64,000 nucleotides of DNA from Nitrospirota bacterium (GTDB taxonomy: Bacteria > Nitrospirota > UBA9217), in assembly GCA_963737155.1 (NCBI GenBank), contig CAVTRN010000002.1:1280001-1344000 (forward strand), given 5' to 3'. Below are positions 11,784-22,094 of the stretch, one piece after another. Made by a program: the position numbers and the translations under genes. Under the pieces are notes generated by a model that had not been told where the DNA came from, ran no database searches, and was given only the letters and a program-made list of their open reading frames with translations. The first letter of the stretch is position 1, and the number at the start of each line of letters is the position of its first letter.

Positions 11784-12953
11784 ATGTCGGAAGTTTCCCT
11801 GGTGCGCTGTGCTGACTATGAGCGTGAAGGGATCTTGACAGCCATTCGTAGGGCAGTCGATCTTTTAGGCGGGATGAACGCGTTCGTGAAGAGCGGCGAC
11901 CTGGTTCTCATAAAACCGAATTTGCTCAAGGCAAAGTCGCCGGAAAGCGCGGTAACGACCCATCCCGAGGTTGTTCGTGCGGTTATTGGGCTTGTGCGTG
12001 AATGCGGCGGTAGACCTATAGTTGGCGACAGCCCCGGCATGGGCGATCTAAAAAAAGTCGCCGAAAAAGCTGGGATTCTCGATGTTCTCATTGAGGAAGG
12101 CGCAGAACTGGCTGAATTCGATGATGTGGTGCAGGTTAAAAATAATAGTGGTAGGTTTCAACGTTTCGAAGTAGCCCGTGCGGCATTCGATGCCGATGTA
12201 ATTATAAATCTTCCGAAGCTGAAAACCCATGGGATGACGACCCTGACCGGAGCGGTTAAAAATCTCTTCGGGTGCATCCCTGGAAAACGCAAAGTTCAGT
12301 GGCATTTTAATACCGGGGTGAATCACGACCTCTTTATGAAGATGCTTGTGGAACTGTATGCGCTTCTAAACCCACGGCTGACTATCATGGATGCAGTCAT
12401 CGGCATGGAAGGAAACGGACCTGGTAGCGGTGATCCCCGCCAGATCGGTGCAATACTCGCAAGTGGGGACGGTGTAGCGCTTGATGTTGTGGCTGGAAAA
12501 ATGGTCGGGGTGCCCCCGGAAAAGCTTCCCATTATAAAGGCTGCAGCGGCAGCGGGTATCGGAACAACAAAATATGACTGTATCCAGATACTCGGACAGC
12601 CACTGGAACATTTTGTAGTAAGTCAGTATCGCCTTCCACCGCAGACCCATCTTGAGTGGCAGCTTCCGGAATGGGCTCGCAAGTCTCTCAAAAACGCCTT
12701 CACAGCTAAACCGGTGATCAACCATGCGCAATGCATCCAATGCGGTATTTGCCAGGGACAATGTCCGCAAAAAGCCATTCAAAGTACGGGAAAGCACATT
12801 CAGATCCGCTACCGCGACTGCATCCGATGTTTTTGTTGCCAGGAATTTTGCCCCCACGGCGCAATAACTGTCGGTAAAGGATGGATGCTTGCGTTGCTAC
12901 CAATACAGGGGGGAAATAGGGAATGCCATAAGAAAACTGATAATTCAAGCTGA
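11784..12953 (+). CDS. DUF362-domain protein with C-terminal 2x[4Fe-4S] ferredoxin
   Basis: VLIKPNLL, TTHPEV, NLPKLKTH, GAVKNLFG, GMEGNGP; CIQCGICxxxCP and CIRCFCCxxxCP. Confidence 0.88.
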   Translation: MSEVSLVRCADYEREGILTAIRRAVDLLGGMNAFVKSGDLVLIKPNLLKAKSPESAVTTHPEVVRAVIGLVRECGGRPIVGDSPGMGDLKKVAEKAGILDVLIEEGAELAEFDDVVQVKNNSGRFQRFEVARAAFDADVIINLPKLKTHGMTTLTGAVKNLFGCIPGKRKVQWHFNTGVNHDLFMKMLVELYALLNPRLTIMDAVIGMEGNGPGSGDPRQIGAILASGDGVALDVVAGKMVGVPPEKLPIIKAAAAAGIGTTKYDCIQILGQPLEHFVVSQYRLPPQTHLEWQLPEWARKSLKNAFTAKPVINHAQCIQCGICQGQCPQKAIQSTGKHIQIRYRDCIRCFCCQEFCPHGAITVGKGWMLALLPIQGGNRECHKKTDNSS

Positions 12954-13067
12954 CGAACTAAACCGTCAATGCCTCATGAAGAGACGTTAATCCAGTTTAA
13001 GAGCATAATTTATGACTGCAACTGTTTTCATCTTCGGTTAAAAGCCTTTTCCGGAAACGGAGTAAAA

Positions 13068-13946
13068 TTACATTTCCTCAGTCAGACCTTCTTCAGTTCC
13101 CTCATCGCGGTAATTCTCCAGGTTCAGATCGTCATTTTCATCTATTTCATAGATCGGATCCTTACCGACTTTCCCCGGTTCTTCACCCCGCGCAAGCAAC
13201 TCGCGATAAACCAGGGGCTTGACGGTTATTGGAAGAGACGGATCGATATAGAGCTCACGCAAGTCTGTTAGTATCAATGAATGCAGAAACTGCTCCGACA
13301 GTGAGAGAGGCGTGTGTACGTTTCTGATGAGCGCGAATCGCACCGCCGAGCGCAGCGACCAGTTCGGATGTTCGGAAATCATGATGATGGTATTTGCTGC
13401 CGTGTCTCTGCGGCTGACGATCTTGTAGATATTGTTTTCGACGAGCAGTGGATTGTTGAGGCACAGTGCGATTATTTCGGGGTCGCGCTCCTGAAGCAGC
13501 TTGAGCAAAACGTTTCCCGCAGCCATTTTGGCGAGTGATTTTTTCTGACCCGTCGCCATGGTCGGGATCCGCTCATTGATGATGACCTCGACCTTATGCC
13601 GGAATGCGAGCGGGATGAAGGGGCTTCGCGCCATTTCTGCGAGATCTAAGATCCGGAGATGCCTTATGAGAGTGAGCGAGACGGACATCGGGGTTTTCGG
13701 ATTGGCGGCCAGCGCCTTGCGGATGGGGTAACTTTCCGACCAGCGGCTGTCCTTGGCAATCGCGGTGAATACGTCAGGCGGCAGATTTTTCCTGCCCACG
13801 ATAACCAAGATGTCGTCCTCGGTGAGATTCCGATTGCTAAGCAAGGCTTTTATGACGTGCGACGACGAGTCATGGATCAGTGCGATGATATGCTCCACGC
13901 CGGCAGAGGTTGCTTGTTTAATTCTTCTTTGTTCCGCCTCGTTCAT
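13068..13946 (-). CDS. Helical-repeat (LRV/HEAT-like) hypothetical protein
   Basis: Internal duplication (..ALLSNRNL..W...IRKALAANPKTP / ..CLNNPLL..W...VRFALIRNVHTP); acidic tail. Confidence 0.7.
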   Translation of the reverse strand: MNEAEQRRIKQATSAGVEHIIALIHDSSSHVIKALLSNRNLTEDDILVIVGRKNLPPDVFTAIAKDSRWSESYPIRKALAANPKTPMSVSLTLIRHLRILDLAEMARSPFIPLAFRHKVEVIINERIPTMATGQKKSLAKMAAGNVLLKLLQERDPEIIALCLNNPLLVENNIYKIVSRRDTAANTIIMISEHPNWSLRSAVRFALIRNVHTPLSLSEQFLHSLILTDLRELYIDPSLPITVKPLVYRELLARGEEPGKVGKDPIYEIDENDDLNLENYRDEGTEEGLTEEM

Positions 13947-14073
13947 CGTTCCATTATACGGGTTTTCAAACCTATTGACAAACACCAGTATTTTATGTAT
14001 TTTATTTCTTCAAAACAACAATAATTTATTATAGTATTCGGTTCTTCCGCATTGCCAGAATTCGAGGGCTGCA

Positions 14074-14610
14074 ATGGAACGGACGCTCCTCCTTAACGCA
14101 ACATTTGAACCGTTAAAGATTATTTCGTGGCAGAGGGCGATTACCCTGCTCACTCAGGGAAAGGTGGAGGTAATTGATTTCTATGATCGCGACGTGCGAG
14201 CCGTGTCGATTACCTTCAAGCTCCCCTCTATCCTCAGACTCCTCAAACTCGTCAAGGTTAGTCGCACCAGCAAGGAAGTGCGGTTTTCACGGGCCAACAT
14301 TTACCAGCGCGATAAATACACCTGCCAGTATTGCGGAATAAAATATCCGGCTGAAGATCTCACCTTCGATCATGTGATTCCCCAGGTGCAGGGTGGACAG
14401 GCTTCCTGGGAAAACATCGTGACCGCCTGTCTTGCGTGCAACAACAGGAAAGGCGGTCGGACCCCTCAAGAGGCGCGGATGCGGCTGATACGTCCCCCCG
14501 CGAGACCTCGCTGGATGCCGGTTGTAACGATGACTTTCGGAATCAAGAACGCCCCTCTCAGTTGGCGGGATTATCTCTACTGGAACATTGAATTGAGCAA
14601 GGATGGTTGA
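14074..14610 (+). CDS. HNH endonuclease (McrA-like family)
   Basis: LLLNATFEPL, RDKYTCQYCG, TFDHVIP, WENIVTACLACNNRKG. Confidence 0.9.
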   Translation: MERTLLLNATFEPLKIISWQRAITLLTQGKVEVIDFYDRDVRAVSITFKLPSILRLLKLVKVSRTSKEVRFSRANIYQRDKYTCQYCGIKYPAEDLTFDHVIPQVQGGQASWENIVTACLACNNRKGGRTPQEARMRLIRPPARPRWMPVVTMTFGIKNAPLSWRDYLYWNIELSKDG

Positions 14611-14794
14611 GTCCAGATAGTCGTACATCGATTTTTTAGACCCCAACGTTTTAAATCTTCCTTCATCGATGCCTTCGTCGATCGTGGTCCGGTGCCGCTC
14701 TTCCTCGTATAATTATTTTGCTTGTCAACCTAACACTTTGATGCTATATTCCGAGACGCATTCATGCAATATCCATAGTATATGGAGGCAAACT

Positions 14795-15433
14795 ATGACG
14801 AAACGACTCATCTCATTTTTTTTGGTCATCGGAGCCCTGTTGGTGCTGACGGCCGGCCAGTCGGCAGCGGCGGTCACTCATTATTCCGAAAATGAATTTA
14901 TAACTGCCGAGAGTCTCGATCCCGGGATGACCCAGACTGGTATCCAATTCTCACTCGGCGATGACTACAAGTCGTATTACCCTGAAATCCGCTACGGCGT
15001 GGGGGCAATGATGGAAGTCGGCGTCAGGTTTGGCGCCGTATCAGCATCAACGAATAATGGAAACAAACTTGGCGCTCTCATTGGCGGTGATCTGAAATAT
15101 CAGCTGGTGAAGGAGACCGAAGGCGTTCCTCTAGATCTTTCTGTCGACCTAGGGTTCGACAATACGATTATCCACGACAAGAATGCTAGCGAACTGACCT
15201 TTGCCACGGTCGTGAGTAAGAGCTTACCTCTGACTGATCGGGGGTATATGCTTGTCCCTTACGGCGGTCTGGCGATGTCCGCACTCTATGGTTCTCTCCC
15301 TGTGAACAATGAAACCTATATGAACGCTTTCGCGGGTCTTGAATGGAAGGTTAGTCAGAAGTTCATGCTCCTTCTGGAAGTAAAGGCTGGAGAAGGTGTG
15401 ATCGGTGGAGTAGGGATCAGGTTCGAATATTAG
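14795..15433 (+). CDS. Putative outer-membrane beta-barrel protein
   Basis: Signal peptide, alternating beta-strand pattern, C-terminal aromatic (GIRFEY). Confidence 0.7.
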   Translation: MTKRLISFFLVIGALLVLTAGQSAAAVTHYSENEFITAESLDPGMTQTGIQFSLGDDYKSYYPEIRYGVGAMMEVGVRFGAVSASTNNGNKLGALIGGDLKYQLVKETEGVPLDLSVDLGFDNTIIHDKNASELTFATVVSKSLPLTDRGYMLVPYGGLAMSALYGSLPVNNETYMNAFAGLEWKVSQKFMLLLEVKAGEGVIGGVGIRFEY

Positions 15434-15537
15434 GATGGAATACCGACCAACTCGCATTGCCGATGAACCTCAGGTGAATCTCGCCTTCCGAAATACGAAA
15501 TAACCGTTAAGTAGCTATAATCGTCGATATTCAGATT

Positions 15538-16028
15538 ATGTCCATTCCACCATCAGGGCAACTTCGGGAAATATCTCTCTCCTCCATCCTCGAGGATTGC
15601 GGGGCAGGAAGGCTACCGGAACGTTAACGTTGCGCAGGGATGATGTGACTAAAAGCATCCATATCAGGGATGGCCAGATAATCTTTGCCACATCTACGGA
15701 CACAAGCGACCGGCTCGGGGAATGTCTTGTCAAAGCAGGTAAGATTACCCATACCGGTCTGGAGCAAGCTCTCAAGCTATACCAGAAATATTCGGGTCTA
15801 AAGAAAATGGGGGTGATTCTCGTGGAAAGCGGCCTTCTTCCGCCGAGGGAGCTTTTCAGCGGACTCAGGATACAGGTGAAGGATATTATATTCAGCCTCT
15901 TTCTCTGGCGCGAGGGGGATTACCAGTTTGAGAAGCGATTGCCGTCCGATGTTATCCAACTTCAGATTAATATTCAGGAGTTGATTATCGAAATCACCAA
16001 ACGTATGAGGCAGACAAGACAAAGCTGA
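15538..16028 (+). pseudogene. DUF4388-domain protein with a 1-nt frameshift near 15595
   Basis: MSIPPSGQLREISLSSILED in one frame continues as LRGRKATGTLTL...GQIIFA...RLGECLV...W.EG.Y.F in another. Confidence 0.7.
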
Positions 16029-16150
16029 TATTTCCCCCCCGTTCTAGAGAAGACCTGCGATATCACCAATTCTCTGTTTTTTTCTGTTGTCCTTTCCTGC
16101 GGTTACAGGTATAATTTCCACCATCCCTTTGCGCCAGCCGGAGTACCATT

Positions 16151-16720
16151 GTGAAAACCCTCGAGCATATCTCTTTCCCCGAACTGGCTGAACGTGCCTG
16201 CGCGCTATATAGCGAAGAACAGAATGCGCTGCGTCTCGGAGTGTTCGGACAAGAATACCTCATCACACGAGAAGGGGTTTTTCTTCGCGGCCAGAGAGCC
16301 CCCAAGTTGCATACGGCAGTGATATTGAATTATCTATTTGCTCCTGGCAAGGGGCCAATCATGACACCTTGGCGCGCTGTCGGTGATTTTTCCGGAGGAG
16401 CCTCGTCGGATTTCAGAAATAAAATCGAGCTGCCTATTACTCACTATGCGGCGGAGATCATTTCCCGGGCCAACGTCCTTTTGCCGATGATTGACGCCAA
16501 AACAGCGCTAAGCTTCATTGGAAGTGACGTTGCGATTACGGTACGAGCTTTGCCCAAGGTTTATCTGCACATTGAACTGTCCCAGGAAACCCAGGATTTT
16601 CCGGCTGAGGTATGGATCCTCTATTCGAACAATGCCGACACGTTCCTTGATCTGCCGCGCCTTTTGACGCTTGCCGAAATGTTCAAGGATCGCCTCTTGA
16701 GCCTGATTAGAATCTACTAA
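16151..16720 (+). CDS. DUF3786-like hypothetical protein
   Basis: ILNYL...W..., ALPKVYL....DFPAEVWILY pattern; upstream of pyrF. Confidence 0.6.
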   Translation: MKTLEHISFPELAERACALYSEEQNALRLGVFGQEYLITREGVFLRGQRAPKLHTAVILNYLFAPGKGPIMTPWRAVGDFSGGASSDFRNKIELPITHYAAEIISRANVLLPMIDAKTALSFIGSDVAITVRALPKVYLHIELSQETQDFPAEVWILYSNNADTFLDLPRLLTLAEMFKDRLLSLIRIY

Positions 16721-16724
16721 AGGG

Positions 16725-17528
16725 ATGCCAACCATCAACGCTCACACTTCACCGGAAGGAACAAAGGAAGCAAACGCGGGTGACCGCATGGTTCTTGCGC
16801 TGGACGTTGACAACGAACGGGAAGCGCTCAGCCTTGTTACGGAGCTCAAAGACGTGGTGGGAATTTTTAAAGTCGGTCACCAGCTCTTTACGGCTTACGG
16901 TCCGGACATCGTGCGCCGCATTATCGGCCAGGGTGGCCGGGTGTTCCTTGATTTAAAATATCATGACATCCCGAACACCGTCGCGAAGGCATCGGCTGAA
17001 GCTGTGAAGCTGGGGGTCAGCATCTTCAACGTCCACTCCCTCGGCGGACTCGACATGATGGAGGCCGCAGCGGAAGCAGCAAAGGAGACCGCGATACAAC
17101 GCAACGCGCTGGTGCCGATCATCCTAGCCGTGACCGTCCTTACGAGTATGGATGGAATGAGTTTGCGCAGGGAACTGAAAATAACACGGTCGCTGCCGCG
17201 ACAAGTCGCTCATCTTGCGCGGCTTGCTCAGCGCGCAGGCATGAACGGCGTTGTCGCCTCTCCGCAGGAGATCAAAATGCTTCGCAGGGAGGTTCGGGGG
17301 GATTTCGTCATCCTTACACCTGGTGTGCGGCCTGACTGGGCCGACCCGGACGATCAGAAGCGGATTATGACGCCCGGAGAAGCCATCCGGGCCGGCGCCA
17401 ACTACATTGTTGTAGGCAGACCGGTTCTGAAAGCTCGGGACCGGAAAGAGGCTGTATTAAAAATTATTGAGGAAATAACCTTATGCCAGTCAGGCACGAA
17501 AAGAAGCGGCGCGGAAATGTCGAGGTAA
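16725..17528 (+). CDS. pyrF: Orotidine-5'-phosphate decarboxylase
   Basis: LALD, FLDLKYHDIPNTV, TPGVR, DDQKR, VVGRP. Confidence 0.96.
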   Translation: MPTINAHTSPEGTKEANAGDRMVLALDVDNEREALSLVTELKDVVGIFKVGHQLFTAYGPDIVRRIIGQGGRVFLDLKYHDIPNTVAKASAEAVKLGVSIFNVHSLGGLDMMEAAAEAAKETAIQRNALVPIILAVTVLTSMDGMSLRRELKITRSLPRQVAHLARLAQRAGMNGVVASPQEIKMLRREVRGDFVILTPGVRPDWADPDDQKRIMTPGEAIRAGANYIVVGRPVLKARDRKEAVLKIIEEITLCQSGTKRSGAEMSR

Positions 17529-17605
17529 GTTATTGAGGGGCTCGTTCCCGAATTTCACTGTTACGTGCCAAAAATGAAAAGAGAAATGGGGGACAACATA
17601 GTTCT

Positions 17606-18181
17606 ATGACATCGGAAGAAGTATTGGATACCTATAAAAAAACCGGAGCGCTGCTTAACGGCCACTTTTTGCTTTCCTCCGGTCTTCACAGCGAGCTGTA
17701 TTTGCAGTCCGCGCTGGTGTTGCAACAGCCCGATATCGCAACAAAGCTCTGTGCGGCGCTTGCGGATAATTTTAAAAATTACAGGATTGAAGTTGTAATT
17801 GCTCCGGCACTGGGTGGTGTGTTCGTATCACACGAAACCGCCCGGGCGCTTGGCGTTCGAGCAATCTTTGCTGAGCGGGTGAACGGAGAACTCACCCTTC
17901 GCCGCGGATTTACGATCAAACAGGGGGAGCGGGTTCTTGTAGTAGAAGATGTGATCACGACAGGGAAATCCACAAAAGAAACGATTGAGGTCGTGAAAAA
18001 GGCTGGCGGGTTGGTCATAGCCGCCGGATCCTTGGTTGACCGTTCAGGCAGCAAGGCGAATATCGGGGTTCCCTACCAATCCCTTGTAACGTTAATGATT
18101 CCTGCATACACGGCGGAAGCATGTCCGATGTGCAAGGCGGGAGGTTCACCGATAAAACCGGGGAGCAGGGGGTTGATGTAG
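17606..18181 (+). CDS. pyrE: Orotate phosphoribosyltransferase
   Basis: GHFLLSSGLHS, VVEDVITTGKS PRPP motif. Confidence 0.95.
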   Translation: MTSEEVLDTYKKTGALLNGHFLLSSGLHSELYLQSALVLQQPDIATKLCAALADNFKNYRIEVVIAPALGGVFVSHETARALGVRAIFAERVNGELTLRRGFTIKQGERVLVVEDVITTGKSTKETIEVVKKAGGLVIAAGSLVDRSGSKANIGVPYQSLVTLMIPAYTAEACPMCKAGGSPIKPGSRGLM

Positions 18182-18285
18182 ATGCGCGTCCAGGCACTGA
18201 TCCTTTCTTCGGTTTTCCAATATCGAGGATAAACCGAGTTCACCTTTAAAATACAAAGAATGCCTACCGATAATAAAGAGATGAC

Positions 18286-19260
18286 CTATCGGAAAAATTG
18301 AACGATATATTTTAAGGCAAGAGACTCGATCATAATGCCCATCATGAGATTGATGGTTTTTTGAGGGACGAATTTCTGCAGCCTTGCTCCGATATACATG
18401 CCCGCAAACCCACCGGCGCCGAAGAGAAAGCCGAGCAGCCAGTCCGGGGATGCGGAGACTCCGCCCACGAGTGGCAGAACACTGTAAAAAAAGACACCCA
18501 TGGTTGATGTCAGGAATGTGCTGAGGAGCGCTGCGCCGGCGACGGTGTAAATCGGCAGTTGAAAAAAAGCCACGCAGAAGGGCGCAATGATGGCGCCTCC
18601 GCCGATCCCGTAGATTCCACCGATGATGCCCACTAGGAGCGCGAGCAGGAACATGGACGGCACGCTGAAGCGAAACCGTTCTCCCCAGAACTCGTACTCG
18701 ATTTCCTTCAGATTAAAGGTAATGGTTCTGACCACCGCTTCGGGAGGAATTCCCGCCGCGACTTGTGAATGATGCTGTTCTTTGATGCGCTTTACCCGCT
18801 CTCCGAATTTTTTTTCCAGATCGATTCGCTGCGCCTTGTTTGCCTGCGCTCTTCCGGCCGTCTCATAGAGAAGTCTGCTCCCGATATAGAGAAGTACGAT
18901 GCCGACGAATAACTTGAACGTCCGGGGATCGGGCAGATAAAGGATACGGAGATAATAACCGATGAAGACTCCCGGTAGCGTCCCGACAATGATAACCCAC
19001 GTAAGAGGCCATGCCATACGGCCTTCCTTGAAATAGCGGTACACGCCGCTCGGAATGGCGACGAGATTATAGACAAAATTAGTCGAGCTCACTGCTGGTG
19101 TGGTAAAACCAAGCACGCTCATTTGAAAGGGCAGGAGTATGAATGCTCCGGAAACGCCGGCCATCGAGGTGAGCGACGATACGACAAGCGCTACGAGCGG
19201 AGGGAGAAATATCCATGTTTTAACTCCCGATTGCGGAAATAGCAGATAAAGGCTCTCCAT
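18286..19260 (-). CDS. Sulfite exporter TauE/SafE family membrane protein
   Basis: MAGVSGAFILLP, GGIYGIGGGAIIAP, multiple TM helices. Confidence 0.85.
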   Translation of the reverse strand: MESLYLLFPQSGVKTWIFLPPLVALVVSSLTSMAGVSGAFILLPFQMSVLGFTTPAVSSTNFVYNLVAIPSGVYRYFKEGRMAWPLTWVIIVGTLPGVFIGYYLRILYLPDPRTFKLFVGIVLLYIGSRLLYETAGRAQANKAQRIDLEKKFGERVKRIKEQHHSQVAAGIPPEAVVRTITFNLKEIEYEFWGERFRFSVPSMFLLALLVGIIGGIYGIGGGAIIAPFCVAFFQLPIYTVAGAALLSTFLTSTMGVFFYSVLPLVGGVSASPDWLLGFLFGAGGFAGMYIGARLQKFVPQKTINLMMGIMIESLALKYIVQFFR

Positions 19261-19407
19261 TGAAAGGAAGTATAACATAAAAGTGAGTATTGGGGGAATA
19301 GCCATATTATCGGGTGCAGGTGGCATTAATGAAGCGAGTTCGCGAGGTGAGGCCGGGAATCATCATGATCTTTCAGAAAATGTCAATATAAAATTAATGT
19401 TTAATGT

Positions 19408-19437
19408 TTGACCTTCAAATTGTTTTTTTGATATAAT
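19408..19437 (+). promoter_or_regulatory. Sigma70-type promoter for the sigma factor gene
   Basis: TTGACC-18 nt-TATAAT. Confidence 0.65.
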
Positions 19438-19457
19438 TGAAGTGAGGAGCAAATGAA

Positions 19458-20828
19458 ATGCAGAGCATGAATAAAGCGACATTATCGGAAGAAAAAAACG
19501 AATATCCCAACGGCGTGCCGGAAGACGTGCTGGAAGAACTCTCGGACGAGCTTTCTGAAGAGGATGAAGAAGAAGGGCCTACGCCCATAGAGATCGCCGA
19601 AGTTGCAGCTGAGGAGATTGCCGCGGGTGCCGATCTTGTGGATACCTATCTTAAGTCCGTAGGAAGGTTTCCTATGCTCAAGATAGAAGAAGAGCAGGAG
19701 TATGTCCGCATGCTTGAGGCAGGGAAAAACTTGCTCAAGAAAATCGCGTTGAGCTCGCCACTCGCAATCCCGCGGGTTTTTGCCTTGGGGGCAAACATAA
19801 AGCAGGGGCTTGTGAAAGCCCAGGATGTACTCAGGTTTCCCGGCGAATGGAACGATTCATACGAAACCGAATTCATGCGACTTTTTAACCGGCTTAAACG
19901 CCAAGTAGCACGGCGGGACATGGAGCGGGCAACCACGACGCTAAATGAAATGAGCCTTTCGTTCCGCGAGATCGAGAAGATGCTCAAGAAACTCGTGACT
20001 CTTGGCAAACAGGCAGAGCGCGGTTACAGCGCGGAGGTGGAGAAACTCGGCCTTGATGAGCAGACTCTGTTCGACATGGTGAACCGAATCGAAGAGGAGG
20101 AGGTCAGGGTAAAGATAGCGAAAGACGAACTGATCAAGGCCAATCTCAGACTGGTCGTGTCGATAGCCAAAAAATATGTGAACCGCGGGCTCACGCTCCT
20201 CGATCTGATCCAGGAAGGCAATATCGGGCTCATGAAAGCAGCGGACCGGTACGAATCGGGAAAGGGCACCAAGTTCAGCACCTATTCCACCTGGTGGATC
20301 AGGCAACGGATTACCCGCGCTATCCTTGATCAGGCGCGCACAATTCGACTGCCCGTTCATCTGATTGAAGAGAGCACCCGCATCAGCCGCATTTATACGA
20401 AGTTCATGCGAGAAAAAGGACGGGAGCCTTCTCCCGAGGAGGTGGCTAGGATTATGGGTCTCTCGGTGGTGCGGGTGAATGAGATTCTGCGGGCAATTCA
20501 GGAGCCTGTGTCCCTGGAGACGCCAATTCTCTCGGAAGAAAAGGAGTTGAAAGACGTTATCATTGACGAAAAATCGGTTTCTCCTTTTAAGACTTTGGAA
20601 AACAGCGAGGCGGCCAACCGCATAGAGCAGGTCCTTTCCTCGCTGACTGAACGAGAGGAGAAAATAATCCGCATGCGGTTCGGCATTGGTGTTGGCAGCG
20701 AACACACCCTTGAGGAGGTCGGCAAGTACTTTAATTTAACTCGTGAACGCATCCGTCAGATCGAAATCAAGGCACTTAAAAAACTGCGTCATCCTGCCCG
20801 CAGCAAATTTCTACGTGAATACGTATAA
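19458..20828 (+). CDS. RpoD/SigA-family sigma-70 factor (probably a paralog)
   Basis: ANLRLVVSIAKKY, DLIQEGNIGLMKA, KFSTYSTWWIRQ, TLEEVG..F.LTRERIRQIE. Confidence 0.92.
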   Translation: MQSMNKATLSEEKNEYPNGVPEDVLEELSDELSEEDEEEGPTPIEIAEVAAEEIAAGADLVDTYLKSVGRFPMLKIEEEQEYVRMLEAGKNLLKKIALSSPLAIPRVFALGANIKQGLVKAQDVLRFPGEWNDSYETEFMRLFNRLKRQVARRDMERATTTLNEMSLSFREIEKMLKKLVTLGKQAERGYSAEVEKLGLDEQTLFDMVNRIEEEEVRVKIAKDELIKANLRLVVSIAKKYVNRGLTLLDLIQEGNIGLMKAADRYESGKGTKFSTYSTWWIRQRITRAILDQARTIRLPVHLIEESTRISRIYTKFMREKGREPSPEEVARIMGLSVVRVNEILRAIQEPVSLETPILSEEKELKDVIIDEKSVSPFKTLENSEAANRIEQVLSSLTEREEKIIRMRFGIGVGSEHTLEEVGKYFNLTRERIRQIEIKALKKLRHPARSKFLREYV

Positions 20829-20971
20829 AGAAGCATCATGACATTCTCGTCAACTATCAGAAAAAAGAGGAACATATCGGCCACTACAACTGTGAGGATA
20901 TATTGATGGCGTCAAATGCATCTATTGTTTGGATAAGGACTTGCGGTGGGCTCTTGTAAATTTTCTGCAAC

Positions 20972-21008
20972 ACGACTCCGGTCGGATTTTAAAAATTACT
21001 GGAGTCGT
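20972..21008. terminator. Hairpin between convergent genes
   Basis: acgactccggt ... actggagtcgt inverted repeat. Confidence 0.4.
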
Positions 21009-21052
21009 CCTTCGGTATTGATATTAACACTTGACTGTTTTTTTGCTGATAA

Positions 21053-21499
21053 TTAATCGTTCGGAGACGGGATGAACTCGATATCAGCGACGATACGCGA
21101 GGCCTCGTCGAGGTAAGGCATATCGTTGTCAGGGCTGCTGATAAAGGCAGCCATGAGGGCACGGGTTTTGTCGACCAGAACCCATATCCGCCAATGAGTG
21201 GGTTCCTGCTCGGACTTGAATGTATAGTCAAGACTGGCTATGCCCATATCTCTCCGGTCCTCAACCTTCACCGCTTCGCGAGGGAAGGGAACGTCCCGTT
21301 CCTCCATGGTATCCTCCAGGAGAACTTTAGCTGCTTCCGGAGGCGGAAGTTTCGTTTCATCGCGCTCGATGAAAGAAAGCTGCACCATACCGGGCCAGCC
21401 CTCCTTCTCAAGCATGATAAATCCCATTTCTTCCCGTTCATTCCAGCCATCCGGTAAGTAAAGGTTTATCCACCGTTCATACGTTACTTTTTTTCCCAT
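21053..21499 (-). CDS. Hypothetical protein (PsbP/DUF3805-like fold possible)
   Basis: 148-aa ORF; LYLPDGWNEREE and HWRIWVL pattern. Confidence 0.6.
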   Translation of the reverse strand: MGKKVTYERWINLYLPDGWNEREEMGFIMLEKEGWPGMVQLSFIERDETKLPPPEAAKVLLEDTMEERDVPFPREAVKVEDRRDMGIASLDYTFKSEQEPTHWRIWVLVDKTRALMAAFISSPDNDMPYLDEASRIVADIEFIPSPND

Positions 21500-21566
21500 G
21501 GCACTATTCTATAGGAGCTGCCATGGTCAGTCAAATGAGTTTCGCAAATAGGCAGTAAAAAAGTGT

Positions 21567-22094
21567 TTATACGTATTCAAATTTTTTTAGTACAGCGAGA
21601 ATAGCGTCGGCACCGCTGTCCGGGGAAGACTGTCCATTCAGGGTAATTTCCGCATTTAGAGGTGGTTCATAAGAGACTTGCATCCCGGGTACGGCCGTTG
21701 TTTCACCGGCTGCGGCCCGGCGGTAGATTCCCTTGGGATCGCGCTTCACGCAGATATCAAGGGAACAGCGAACGTAAGCTTCTGCAAATTTTTCAATGCG
21801 TGAACGGGCCCTGTCTCGGTAATGCCGCTTGTTTGCCGTTGCGTCAAAAACCACGGAAATTCCATTTCGTGTTATCATCTCACCAATCGACACCAGAGTA
21901 TGGTAGAATCGGTCGCGTTCCTCGGGGCTGTATGTCGCCTCGGGGGTCAGGATGGCGCGCATTTCATCGGATTCGAGCACTACCACGGCAACGCCAAGCA
22001 CTCTCAGTTTTTTTACGAGCTCCCTTGTAATGGAACTCTTTCCCGAGGCCGGAATCCCTGTTATCCAGACCGCAAAGCCCTGCTGAGAATTCAT
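21567..22094 (-). CDS. Adenylyl-sulfate kinase-like P-loop kinase
   Basis: VWITGIPASGKSS, RDPKGIYRRA, YEPP (CysC-like). Confidence 0.82.
   Translation of the reverse strand: MNSQQGFAVWITGIPASGKSSITRELVKKLRVLGVAVVVLESDEMRAILTPEATYSPEERDRFYHTLVSIGEMITRNGISVVFDATANKRHYRDRARSRIEKFAEAYVRCSLDICVKRDPKGIYRRAAAGETTAVPGMQVSYEPPLNAEITLNGQSSPDSGADAILAVLKKFEYV

Noticed and set aside
14074-14610. HNH as IscB/Cas9-like or defence effector
   Set aside because: No RuvC motifs, array or defence neighbours; it matches the common stand-alone HNH family
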